Shown here in pieces: positions 1 to 11,433 of a stretch of DNA of 33,419 bases (its first letter is position 1; each line of letters opens with the position of its first letter). Source of the DNA: Sphaeroforma arctica JP610 (lineage: Eukaryota). Position numbers and translations under genes: made by a program. The stretch covers positions 33,687 through 67,105 of the forward strand of contig NW_014040057.1 in assembly GCF_001186125.1 (NCBI RefSeq), given 5' to 3'. A model generated the notes under the pieces. It was not told the DNA's origin. It saw only the letters and a program-made list of their open reading frames with translations, and ran no database searches.

Positions 1-825
1 AAAAGTTCATTTTAAGTGTGTTGCTGCCTCCGCCTGGTTTTTTTTAAACTCAATTTTGTGCTATACTTTAAAAAGAATTCGTTTGGTATGTGTGAGATCA
101 AAGTACCTTTGGTTGTTCTTGTATAATTGGTCATATTAGAAGCAAGTAATGCACTTTTAATATAAATCGAATAATTGAAATAAACATAAATTAATGACAC
201 ATAACAACCTTGGAACATCAGTTTAAAAAAAAGTTGGCACCCCCGGGCCCTGGGCCCCACGTATATCAATACTCCATACATAATCTACATATAAATGATT
301 GCACATCATCATGTGTAAATATATCATCTGTTATTCCGTATCATAACTAGAAATATAAAATAAAATGATACATGCGCTCACCGCTCGCCATGGCAACGGA
401 GCCACGGCAAGCTTTTTTACAGAAAATATTTTGTAAGTAAATACGTATGACTACAGAGTACAGACTTCTGTATGTATTTATTTTTTTACATACTTTATTT
501 ACTGACCCGAAAGTATTTGAAAAAATATATATCTTCCGATTATACGTCAAGAGACACAAACGGTTTATAGCTAGCAGTGACGTAAGTGCAGGTGAAAGAA
601 AGTGAGTGTTACAAATAACCAGTACGACACTAACGACGCTATCACAGTGTGACTAGTGCAAGGAGACACGTTTGTCGGTTTTGTTGGAGGTTGCATAGTG
701 TATACTTGCGATACACGCACGATTGTCGACACAATATTTACAACCACGGGTGTCACTTACGTATAGAAATCAGACCCAGAGTCTTTGTACTGTCTTGTTT
801 CGTGGAATACTTTTAGTGTATCAGG

Positions 826-1592
826 ATGTTGTTGAATTGTAGCTATATTGTGCGGATTACGCTGCTACTTCAGCTGGTGTGCGCACTCGATACGGAAGAC
901 AACGTACAACTACATGCAGCAGACTATAAAATTGGCAATACCAACACCAATACCAAAGAGGCTTCCACTTCTACAGAAAATGGTCAGACACGCATCTCTA
1001 TAGAACAGGACAATGCACCTGTCGGGGTGGAGCATATGCTTCGACATGAGGATCTTGATCTTGTCTCGAGAATTGACCAAACTAAGCTAACCATACTCTC
1101 CGCTGAGGCTGAAGTAATGGACGAGAAGAAGCCTTGTAAAAGTACAATGCAGCCAGACGGTAGTGTCACACTTGATTGCGAGTTGCAAGAAGTCGTAGAC
1201 ATGGATATGTCACAAAGGAACAACGTGCATGTACATGCCACTGCTCAACCGGATGTTGACATCTTGGGAGAAGAATTGGGAGCGAAAGAGAAAATATTGA
1301 ATATGGTGAAGGATACTCAGGCGAGGGAGAATGTTGGAGAGCACAGTAGTAGTGGTCGAATGCATATAGTACAACCAGAACCGAGTGCTGGTTCGAATGC
1401 CGTAGCCCGCGATACAGCCGACGATATGGAAATACTAAGTGAGGCCAGTCCGAGACTATACAGGTCAGTGATTGTATGCGTGTGCGGTTGTAGTGTACGA
1501 CACTACATATTTTTTGCAGCATTACTACTGCTATTCAAGAAAATGAGAGTTTCTCTTTAGAAGCTGACTTATGTTTATTAAGATGCTCCTGA
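826..1592 (+). CDS. Hypothetical secreted acidic protein (exon 826-1463, probable intron 1464-1519, exon 1520-1592); may be truncated or decaying
   Basis: 244-aa ORF with N-terminal signal peptide MLLNCSYIVRITLLLQLVCA|LD and an acidic hydrophilic body. Donor CAG|GTCAGT at 1464 and acceptor TTTTTGCAG at 1519 give in-frame SITTAIQENESFSLEADLCLLRCS*. No family recognised. Confidence 0.55.
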
Positions 1593-3103
1593 TACTATTG
1601 CACCATCAACTATTGGTCCTACATGTGTGATTGGTACAATCCGTTCCCAAAGTAGCGTAGCTAATGTGTGTGCAAAGCGCGTGTTTTTATGACTATATGT
1701 GTAGTCGAGAGACAAAATTGAGTTGTAAGTTGTCATTAACAACAAGTGGTTTTATGGTTTCAGACAATTACATTCTTTAACCATGCAGCTGGCTGTACTG
1801 GGCTAGAGCACAATTACTAGCATAGCCGTGTAAATAGTCCTGCTGTCAGCTGTGTTGTTATTTCCATGATGAAAACTGTACTCATAGAAGTTGGAAGACT
1901 GACTGTCGGTAACTATGTTTGAAACGAAATGTAAACACATGTCACTCGCATGTATATGTATTTTATTTGACAGGATTGATAAGTGCATAAACGACATAGA
2001 CCCTACGTTAATGTATACACTATTTCGGCACATGATATGTGTGCAAGTTTTTCGTACATATGCAGTACTTATGTTATGAAAGGTATTACATGTGGCGTTA
2101 TGCCTTTTGAATATGCAGTTGCATTGGAGGATATGCAGTATGGCGCACGCAAGAAAAGTTATATTGGAATTTGAGTTGTTCTGAAGTACATACTCGCCTA
2201 CTACACTTCTTGGCAAGACAATATGGATGGCTCAACTTGTACCACTTCCAATAAATGCTCACACCTTGTCAGTAGCATAGGCCAGCATTTAGAGCCGCTG
2301 CCGTCGTCTTCAGAGTTGACATCTAAGCCTGTTTACTCGCACCTTGCGTGAAGTATTTTTTAGTTCAAGGATATAAAAATTTACAGTCCTATAATAAAGA
2401 GCACTTAGATACGTGCCAAAAAGAGGCGAACTTGTGTATTTATAGGTAATGGTTCCCTCGACTGCACCATATAGCGTTCCTTTGTTTGGGTCATAGATGG
2501 GGTAATACTTCCAATTAGCACTTTCTGGACATACCTACTATGTTTTCAGATTGCACTACGCTATTCAGAGCAGACCCATCGGCAGTGAAGGATCTATCAC
2601 CAAACCGTTTACACTGGCGACGCTGGCCCTTACATACATTGCACATGTTCATTACCACCTCATTATTTGCTCGTGCATTTTTTTTATTGTTCCAATGCCA
2701 TTTATATAGGTTTCCCCAATTCATGACCGACGATGATACAGCTGCTATAGTCACTAATTATGGGAACGCGTTGTTGCCAGTTGTAAAGAAAAGCGTTCAA
2801 TTAGAGGGCGGGAATCAGCATAATGGTATGTTATTTAGTTGCGATCAACCCGACTCGGCTGACAATCTGCTGCTAGCTCTGGTATTTCAGATATGCAGAT
2901 ATTTTATTTTGAGGTTTATTGGTCACAACTCAGTTCTCAAGTCGTATGTAACATAGTGTTTTGGGTCCCTTAAGAGGCGAAAAAAATCATAGTTGAATAT
3001 GTGAGATCCAAAGGACTTAGCGCCGATAACTCGAGATTTAGGGTTCAAATCGTCATTTCAGACTGAATATCAATACGTTCTCATACCTAGACTTAGATCA
3101 GTA

Positions 3104-4173
3104 TTAAATAAACATACCAATCGTTGATCGCCACCGCCTCGTTAATCCCTCAGATGTAATGGAGGCAGTATTTATGGAGGCCACAGGGTCGTACAGGTCA
3201 AAGAGACATCGTGCAGCCCCCGACACTAAGCGGAAAATTAGAGGGCGATATGGTCTGCTCGAACTGAGTGAGAGCCAAGCCATGCGTTCGAAGGTGAGTG
3301 TACACGGTCGATGCAAACGGGGTTTCATTGGCATACCAAACAATATAGAGTATAGATATTCCAAGTGTGGCGATGCTAAGTTGGATTTAAAATCATCAAA
3401 GGTAAATACGGAGTGATCGAGTCACGCCTTCTATTCATAGGCGGGTATACACTGCCAATGCAAACGGTGTACCACAAGTAGTACGTACATTTTATGATAT
3501 TTCTTTATATAGCGTGGTCATCTCATAACAAGGTTCATACGGCTTGCTCAAATTGAGCGAGGGCCAAGGCATGCAACTCGAGGTAGATTTACAATACAAG
3601 CAGTGTTCTATGGTTATTAACTGTGTTCTCGAACGTGAGACTTTTTATGGGGTGTGTGGCCAGAGCTGATGAGATGTTTGCATTTGAAAATCAGACCGAG
3701 TCATGTCACTGTAGGTAAGTGCCTGAACACAACGTATAAAAACGAAAGTCACTGCGTACAATTCCAATAATATATCTATAACTTCAATTCTGAATGCATG
3801 GGCACACATAGCTAAACCTCGCATAAATATATCTATAACTTCATGTCTGAATGCAAGGGCACACATAGTTAGAGCTCGCATAAATATATCGCGGCGCTCT
3901 CACTCCGATTTGCTCTTTTGAAGCCCTTCTTATAAACATACAATATATATCCTCTCGGGCGCTCGCATGATCGATGACAATGCTAAAATAGACCATCCTA
4001 TCAATGACAGGCCATTCGTTCAATGCGGCGCCGATTGGAGCGGGAGTTGAAAGTGCCACAGAGTCACTTTGAACCGGTTGAAATTCGGCACTTGAAGGCA
4101 TCCGTGCAAGGCTCCGTGGCAGGTAACTCAAAGGATCAGTAGTGATCCAGTATATGTTCATGAAATTATGCAT
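3104..4173 (-). pseudogene. Possible decayed coding remnant of unknown family
   Basis: Three successive minus-strand ORFs (4173-3841, 3881-3645, 3364-3104) are linked by frameshifts and stops, and include an in-frame 19-codon duplication. No homolog recognised. Confidence 0.25.
3769..3890. repeat. 57-bp tandem repeat, about 2.1 copies
   Basis: TATATC recurs at 3771, 3828 and 3885. The two full units (TATATCTATAACTTCA..TCTGAATGCA.GGGCACACATAG.TA.A.CTCGCATAAA) differ by only a few substitutions. Confidence 0.9.
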
Positions 4174-4974
4174 GTATTCTCTATACTGGTGTTGCCATAC
4201 TTTTCAGATCTTTATTTTGTTCTCATCTCTAGTACGTGATCATTAGGATCGGTCATTTATAGGCGTCGTTCCATGCGGTAGTGTATCTCTATTTGCTGAT
4301 TCTTTTACGCTCCCGTATTCTGAATGTGTATTTATATAAAATAAACAAGCTGTTCATACCAATATAGAGAGGTTGTTTGTCACAACTTGTACAATAATAC
4401 ATACATCAATTTCACATTCTCTCTCTGGACTCTGACAGTGACTCGCACAATATGTCTTCCAAGGTTGTCGTCCAAAATAAAGTCCACCTGGCCTATCAAA
4501 ATTATTTTCACTTTTTGTTGTAATTCACTGGTATATTCTCGAATCAACCCTGAACCTCCAGACCAAAAAAAAATTGAGCCCAACCACCCCTACTAGTGTG
4601 TGGAGTTTACGATATTCAAGAATTCAATATACGCACACGCTCATGTCAGCACTTATGCCCTTCGGGAGTGAAGTTGATGTGAAGAAGTGTCCCAGCCGGT
4701 TTCTGGCTGGTACATTGGTCTAGGTAAACGCACTAACACTTCATTTTTCAACCCCATTGGCAGACGCCATTCTACCTCGATATTCGACACAGGGCAACTA
4801 TGGAACCCGGACGGCCACACTCATTACTTTTCTAAGGTATTTACAATGCGCTCGTGCATCGATTAGATGCATAAAAAACATACATAATCTCTATATAGAT
4901 ATATCTTCTATAGGGATTAGGTCTAATCCTTTTACTATCGAGTTGTATAAGACTAATATTGAACGAGTGATCTA

Positions 4975-7286
4975 TCATCTACACCATAACCGGTGCGGAT
5001 GCTGATGGATATATCGTACAAATGTCGATTCTAAAATAAGAAAAGTCTTCGTAGAAAGTTGCTGTCGATTGTACAAATTGAAATTGATTTCTGAAAGATT
5101 GGGCTTGCGCGGACAATATTGGCTGGTCATCTCATTTGCTAGAATGCTGAAGTACCAGCCCGCTGCCAAATCTCGTCGTTGAGATTCAGCATAAAGCATA
5201 GTCTGGAAGCACCGGTATTGTTTTTCCCATCTGATTGATGACTAATTATTCATCTCGCCAAACCTTCAGTACTTCCACAGCGCAAAGTGGGGGCGAAATT
5301 ATCTTTCCGCTTACATTCGCGAATAGTACGCTGAGGTCCAGGCCCCACGCCTCGTTGTATGAACCAGTGCAAGAGACGATTGTCAATGAGGCCCGAAAGT
5401 CGTTTACTGTAGGTCTGCATGGAGTTTAATTGTTGGTCTAAGGGGAAGAATACTTTTTTCTGTTCCTAAGAAGTGAATTTTGCGTCACTTCGATGGATCC
5501 TCGTGTAAGCATATATTTCACATTTGCGTGCGATCCGAACGTGTGGATTATGTATAAACTAGCATAGAAAAATGTTCTTTGAGACATAATTTACGCTAAA
5601 ACAATAACGTAGTGTCCGTTAAATCCCAAAACACAGTCTATTTGGCTTGTTAAAAGATTATTTTTTTTACTTTGAGGTGTTTGTCAGCTATTTTTGCTCA
5701 TTAGCATATCATGTTACTATGTATCGATGCGAGGTACCAACGGCATACCGACAACACAAATTGAGTTTAAACTACTTGCCGACTTGATAATCGGGAGCCT
5801 CCTACCGAGATATTCGAAGTCTCAACTTTTCAGAATTGGGCTGTTTTAGTTTTTAAAAATTACTTGAAGATCATATCTCTAAATTTGGTTTTGCAAACAG
5901 GATATGTGCGGCAACAAGACCAACGATGTTGTCCGTGTGTTACCCGAGAGAGGCTCGGCAATTATATTGTACCATACGCACATCGACGGCCAGCTTGATG
6001 ATTGGGTGAGTAAAGATTCAAGCATCAAATGTATTGAAACAGACATGTAGCTATGATTCCTCTGTGATTTGTAACAACCTCAATGGTCACATCAGAACCG
6101 CAAGTGTGTTCTTGCGTGGTAACATCATGTTAGAATCATGTACAGCGAAGCAGAAACTTGTCCAAGTAGTGAACACGCGGCATATTCCTGTTTTAGTATC
6201 ATGGTGACTATCGAGAGTACGTCGACTTACCGCATATCGAAGGCAAGCAGCAGTGATCGGCTTGGTCAAGTCGCGTACCGGCTGGTATCACGCCAAATAT
6301 AGGGATAATTATATAAATATATATATGTGTGTGTGTGTGTATGTATGTACGTATGTGTATGTATGTATGTATGTATGTATTTGTAGCAGTATATGTATGT
6401 ATGTATGTATTTGTAGCAGTTTATGTAGCATAAATATACATATACATACTTATATTTAAATATATATATACATTGGTTCCGCGCCTACTACCTATAACCC
6501 GATCGCATGCGCTTACTTTCTCGCAGAGCGTGTACGCAAATTGCCCAGCTGCCACAGGCGATGTATGGATGATCGTGCAACATGTAGCCCAGGAGATAGT
6601 TCAGATGCGGATGTGGCCCAAATTGCTTGGCCGATGGCAGGTACTACTATGATATGCTTCTCTTGTACACGTGTTTAGTCTGTAATGTATAAGAAGCGAT
6701 TTGTATCATTAATATGTTCGTATCAACACACACGCCGTGTAAAAGTACACATATACGATGACAAATTGTAGAACAACAAATGTATTTGTGATAAACATGC
6801 GTGTAGCGCGATCTGCCATGGTGTCTTTCGATGCTTCATTAGCGAAAGGATAGATTGGTATTTGCAGCTATATCTGTCACCACATAGCTGGCGCATCGGT
6901 TGTACCCCAAATACACTTCAACAAATATCCTGACCCAAACTATCAATTAAAAACTAGTGGATAACGTATTTTCGAACAACTCGACTCTCGTTCCTCGGTG
7001 TCGTGTGTTGAATCTAGCCATATCCTGGACATCTGTTAAAAATATGCGGACTATACAGACTACTTACTTTGCCACCATGATGCTATTCAAAATAGCCCGA
7101 CTCTGACCTAATATAATGTTCTTCCTCTCTGTCATGGCGTCATTACGGTGTGCCAGATGAACCAGCTCGCTGAAGGGGACTTTATCATACCGAATCAGGC
7201 GAGAAATGGGAACCATATGCAAGTCAAAAGTGTCTTCGGTAAACCAAGAAGCTCTCTTAAAAAAGGTGGGATTGTCCAAAGCATAT
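4975..7286 (-). pseudogene. Fragmentary multi-exon minus-strand gene remnant
   Basis: Canonical short introns at 7033-7067 (GTAAGT..AACAG) and 6188-6230 (GTAAGT..TACTAAAACAG), a GTAAGC donor near 6515, and an open exon at 7068-7286 (YALDNPTFFKRASWFTEDTFDLH...). I could not build a stop-free spliced ORF. Confidence 0.3.
6310..6470. repeat. Compound (TA)/(TG)/(TATG) microsatellite with a duplicated ~28-bp unit
   Basis: Direct reading; TATGTATGTATGTATTTGTAGCAGT occurs twice. Confidence 0.9.
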
Positions 7287-7589
7287 CTAGATGAGTATGT
7301 TGTATTTGTTAATTTATTTACGTATTTGTATCAATTTTGGTGCACTATATAGAGAATACCTAAATCAGGTTTCGAATGCAATGTGATATCCACCTTGACG
7401 TGAAATGCTAAACTCGTACATAGACTTATGCCGATACACGGAAAAGCATTTCGTTCATGGTCCATACACCTAGATCACCAATATTACTCTACTCGACGCC
7501 CAGGTGGAAAATTCGACACAACCGCGCACGGGCAGTTCTGTACCACAGTGGACCTCAGTCCTTTAAGACACACGCGTGCGCTCACACTG

Positions 7590-10270
7590 GTGATGCTTGT
7601 AAAGCAACAGAGCTGTCGCGGGGGAGGAGCCGGCCGTGTCGGCGGAATGGAGCAGGTCGACGAGAGGTCCAACACCTACGTGACACTGTCAACCAAGGAG
7701 GGTATGTTTGTGGTTTTATGCACTGTCGTATTTTAAAACGTATTGGTATTGGCACATATAGTACGCGCATATAAACATGCACACTCACGCACAACATTCA
7801 ACTCCGTAGCTAAGGAAGTGGCGGATACCACCAGGTGCTGTGGTTGGAAGATTCGATTTTCAAAGCAGTGCAAAGTCGATGTGTTCGGCCCCGACCGTCC
7901 TATCAAGCACTCGCTGCGCCCGAACACCCTCCAACTTGTACCAAACACGTGGGTGCCTATCATTGTATCCGTGACAAATACGGGGGACTCGCTGGCTTGG
8001 GTGAGTGAGTATGTGCCCGTGGAGCCTAAGAAGAGTATCAAGGTGAAAGCACGTGCTGATTCAGATACTGTGGCCGATGACGATTCTAGAGAGCCGTTGG
8101 TGGAAAAGTATGATCTCATCGCCGAGCGATTATCTTTGACATGTGGTGGATTGACCAAGATAGTTATGCTCGATCGTATTATGTTGTTGCTGCTGTTGTT
8201 GCATGTGCGATTTGGGAAAGAAATAAAGCTCGATCGTACTATGGTTAATAGATTTAGATGTTGCGGTCTATCTGCCTTGGACAAATCAATTGTTGCTGCT
8301 GTTCTTGCATATACTCGTGGGTGAAAGCATTGAGTGCAATAGTTCTGTGTTGTACTTATCTGTAGTTAGGTACAACGTACCCAGGTATGAATATACCTTA
8401 CACATCTACAGCTGGCATGGGAACATTGACTACACAAGATCACATACATATACTGATTGCGAAATCACACGCACTTACACACACTCAGTGAAGAAACAGA
8501 GGAGCAGGAGGAGGTCGACGACGAAGAGCAGCCCCCAAATTGGGACTGGGACGAAGATGACGAAGGCGATGAAGGCGATGAATCTGGACGGTGTGTGTAC
8601 AATTGCCAATCTAATGTCGAAAGTCAATCCTGAATTTAACATCCTCTGCACGCATACTACATCCTGACGTGGCTAACTATACGTGGCCATTTGGCGCCAG
8701 AATTCGCTGTGTCTAAGCTGTATGTTGCATCATTCCGATGCACGAGGCCAGCGGTGATACTAAATGCAACCTATACACTTACACATATCTAGAGAGGCAA
8801 GTACAACCCTCCCGAATCTAAAGGGTGACGAGGTGGGTGAAAGGGTCATGAAGGAACTGAGACAAGGACCAACGCACGCTAAAAAGGAGCCGCCTATGCC
8901 GGCACAGAAGGTCGCAGACACAGGTACTGTTGTTTGGTGAATTTGTTGTTATGAACATATGCGGGCTGGTACTACATGGTTATTTCATATTGGTCTTAGA
9001 CCTATGGGTGGGAAGTAACATGTGGTTTTAATCCGCGAGGAGTATTTTATTTAGCAGCCTCCTTCTTAGAGCTATGCTTGGAGTTCGTGAACTCTATAAT
9101 ATTGAGTCGGTGCTGAGTGCGCGCTGTCTGATATGTAAGTCGTTATCAGGCCTTCAAGCGCTAGTAGTGCACGCACGTAAATTGAGGCATGATATGCGTA
9201 GACTGAGGGCCGTAGCACCTTCAGAAGAATATATTTGTCTTTGCTCGTTTTATTGGCACAAGTCTGGCGGCGTATAAGTGAGCCTTCATATACACCCAAA
9301 TATCTGAGTAGATCACTCAACGCGGACCTGGTCTCTTGCGATGTATCTTTACGATTTATAAAACCAGTAGGACCGACCAAACCACCGCCTGTCAAGAACA
9401 GCCGGAGTGAAAACAAGAAAAGGATCAGCAATACCAAGTGGTCGTACGTCAATGCTTTGATGTCTGGGTCAGGTTTTGGGGCGAGTGCCGGTGACGCTGA
9501 GTCGCATAGAAGTATAGGTCATACCGATCCCCAAACGCGCATGTACGAGCAGTTGCGAAAGATCTCTATCTCGCAATCTGTTCGAACGATCAATGATGAC
9601 GACACCAATTACGAGGAGGTGTGTTGTATATAAGTGGAGCACAGTCCGGCTCATCCGACAAAAAACTATTGGCAGTTATGCACGGGTGTGTGGCACTTAT
9701 ATGTAACTTTTAGTGTCGATGTGCGAGAACTCTTACTGCATGTTACTTTTATAAGGATGTAACATAGACTTTCTACTTGATGTTCAGCGGAGATTATATC
9801 TGGGGTGTATGACGGGATATGCCATTGCGTCTGATATACTCGGTTGATCTGGAATATCCGCAACACTCTGTTGTCAAGTAGAACAGCACGCAGTCGAATA
9901 GCTACAAATGGTCATTCTTAAAACGGCACACATTGTAACTTCCAGAAGTGTATTCAATCTACTGTATGGTAACTCCCCACTCTACAGACCCGCTTGTGTT
10001 TGGACAAGGAGCGAGGTATAGAGGTTTCCGAAATTCTTCTGGTGCCACAGCATGTGACGGGTGCTGAATTAGACCTACTGATTTCAAGTATGAGTGAGAA
10101 GATATAATATCGGATTTAATCGCGCAGAGCAAGCTTGTACTCTGTCTGGCAAATCGGATCCATGCTGCAATATAGTGACCTGCTTCGGAATGGTGACCAC
10201 AACCATGAGTGGCAATGGCAGAACTACGGGGAGCTGAGAAATACAGACCTTGTCGATCTCCAATTAAGTA
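7590..10270 (+). pseudogene. Multi-exon plus-strand gene fragment, probably pseudogenised; product unknown
   Basis: GC-richer exon-like blocks with splice signals: about 7835-8140 (..LQLVPNTWVPIIVSVTNTG..), 8489-8630 (acidic EETEEQEEVDDEEQPPNWDWDEDDEG), 8792-8922, 9054-9134, 9262-9618, 9988-10087 and 10128-10268. There are phase conflicts and an in-frame TGA in GDYIWGV*RDMPLRLIYSVDLEYP near 9809. Confidence 0.45.
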
Positions 10271-10548
10271 AATTACATAGCTGAGTAAAGTATATAACTG
10301 GATTAAACAAATTAACAATGTGCATACTTGCTTGAGGACAACCGTTTTATCGATGAACGCCAAAGAGCCGCTTCAAGTCGATTGTATCAACTGCAAATAT
10401 ATAAATCACCTGCCTCGAAACATGAGTGAGAGCTTATGTCTATAAATATATATGTATGTGTGTGTGTGTGTGTGTACGTATATACGTATATACGTATACT
10501 TGTATCTATGTATGTATATATATATATGTGTGTATGTGTGTATTTATG

Positions 10549-10604
<56 letters not shown>

Positions 10605-10665
10605 CAAACCCTGCCAATTTCCAATTAAGTGAAGTATATAGCTTTGCTCTATGAATGACTGGATT
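10239..10665. repeat. Diverged direct repeat, about 66 bp (10239-10304 and 10601-10665)
   Basis: Shared TCCAATTAAGT.AA.TA.ATAGCT, a 14-nt spacer, then ACTGGATT; offset 361 bp; the copies flank a microsatellite. Confidence 0.7.
10441..10600. repeat. Compound (TG)n/(TA)n microsatellite
   Basis: (TG) run at 10457-10475 and pure (TA) run at 10553-10600. Confidence 0.95.
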
Positions 10666-11433
10666 CAAAATAATACAGAATATGGCATGGTTCTTTAATA
10701 ATTCAATCCAGTATCTGATTGAACAGTGACATATTTACTACCAATTGAAAGAGGAGATTAATACAAGCACGTCAGTACCTTGAAGTAGCTAGTACGATGT
10801 CTATGAGGGAGTCTATGAAGTATATCAGAGAACTGGCTACGCGGTGGCTTCAAATTGGCTACGATTGGTTTTACGGTGGTTTCAACGTGGCTTCAATTTG
10901 GGGTTTTTGAAAACTTTTTTTATCTACAAATCACGCTGAAAATAGTGTTCAGGAGTGTTCTGACTTTTGAACTAAAATAGCTAAGGTATTACTTCCAACG
11001 AGAAAAAGTCTTTAAAATGACTGAAGTTAACTTCTCTACCCTTCGATTTGTTGATATATTTGATACTGGGTTAATAGTGCAATCCCTATCGGAAAAGATT
11101 TTTGGATCATCTGTATAACAGTAAAAATAAAATCAAAAAAGGGGCTCTTAAAGACACTCGCTTCGACATGAAAGAGCCCGCCTAGATTCAATTATATATA
11201 TTTATTAAATATAGAACATTTGCTATAAACACTACTAATATATGGCCAGTCAACATCTGCCAAAGCCACACAGCTCCGGAGCACCATCATCTCATAATCT
11301 GATCGCACCCTCGCTTCCCATGCATACCCTGAATTCTACTACTATAGCAGTCAGGATATCTGTCTGAGACAGAGAGTACTTGACAACAGGCCGTCTTGAC
11401 ACTGGCACAAACTGGCTGCGACTTCGGCTACCA

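Noticed and set aside
3769..3890. Repeat considered as a CRISPR array
   Set aside because: Contiguous tandem units with no spacers, in a eukaryotic context with no cas genes.
2172..9811. In-frame TGA codons read as selenocysteine or an alternative genetic code
   Set aside because: TAA, TAG and frameshifts also interrupt these regions, no SECIS was recognised, and the intact giant gene uses the standard code with no internal TGA.
6253..10668. ORFs made of YI/CV/TH runs (6253-6459, 10387-10668, 10436-10654; likewise 27484-27753 and 28686-28922)
   Set aside because: They are translations of microsatellites.
10835..10898. Short recurring GTGGCTTCAA-like motifs
   Set aside because: Only about three imperfect 10-mers with irregular spacing, so there is no supportable function.
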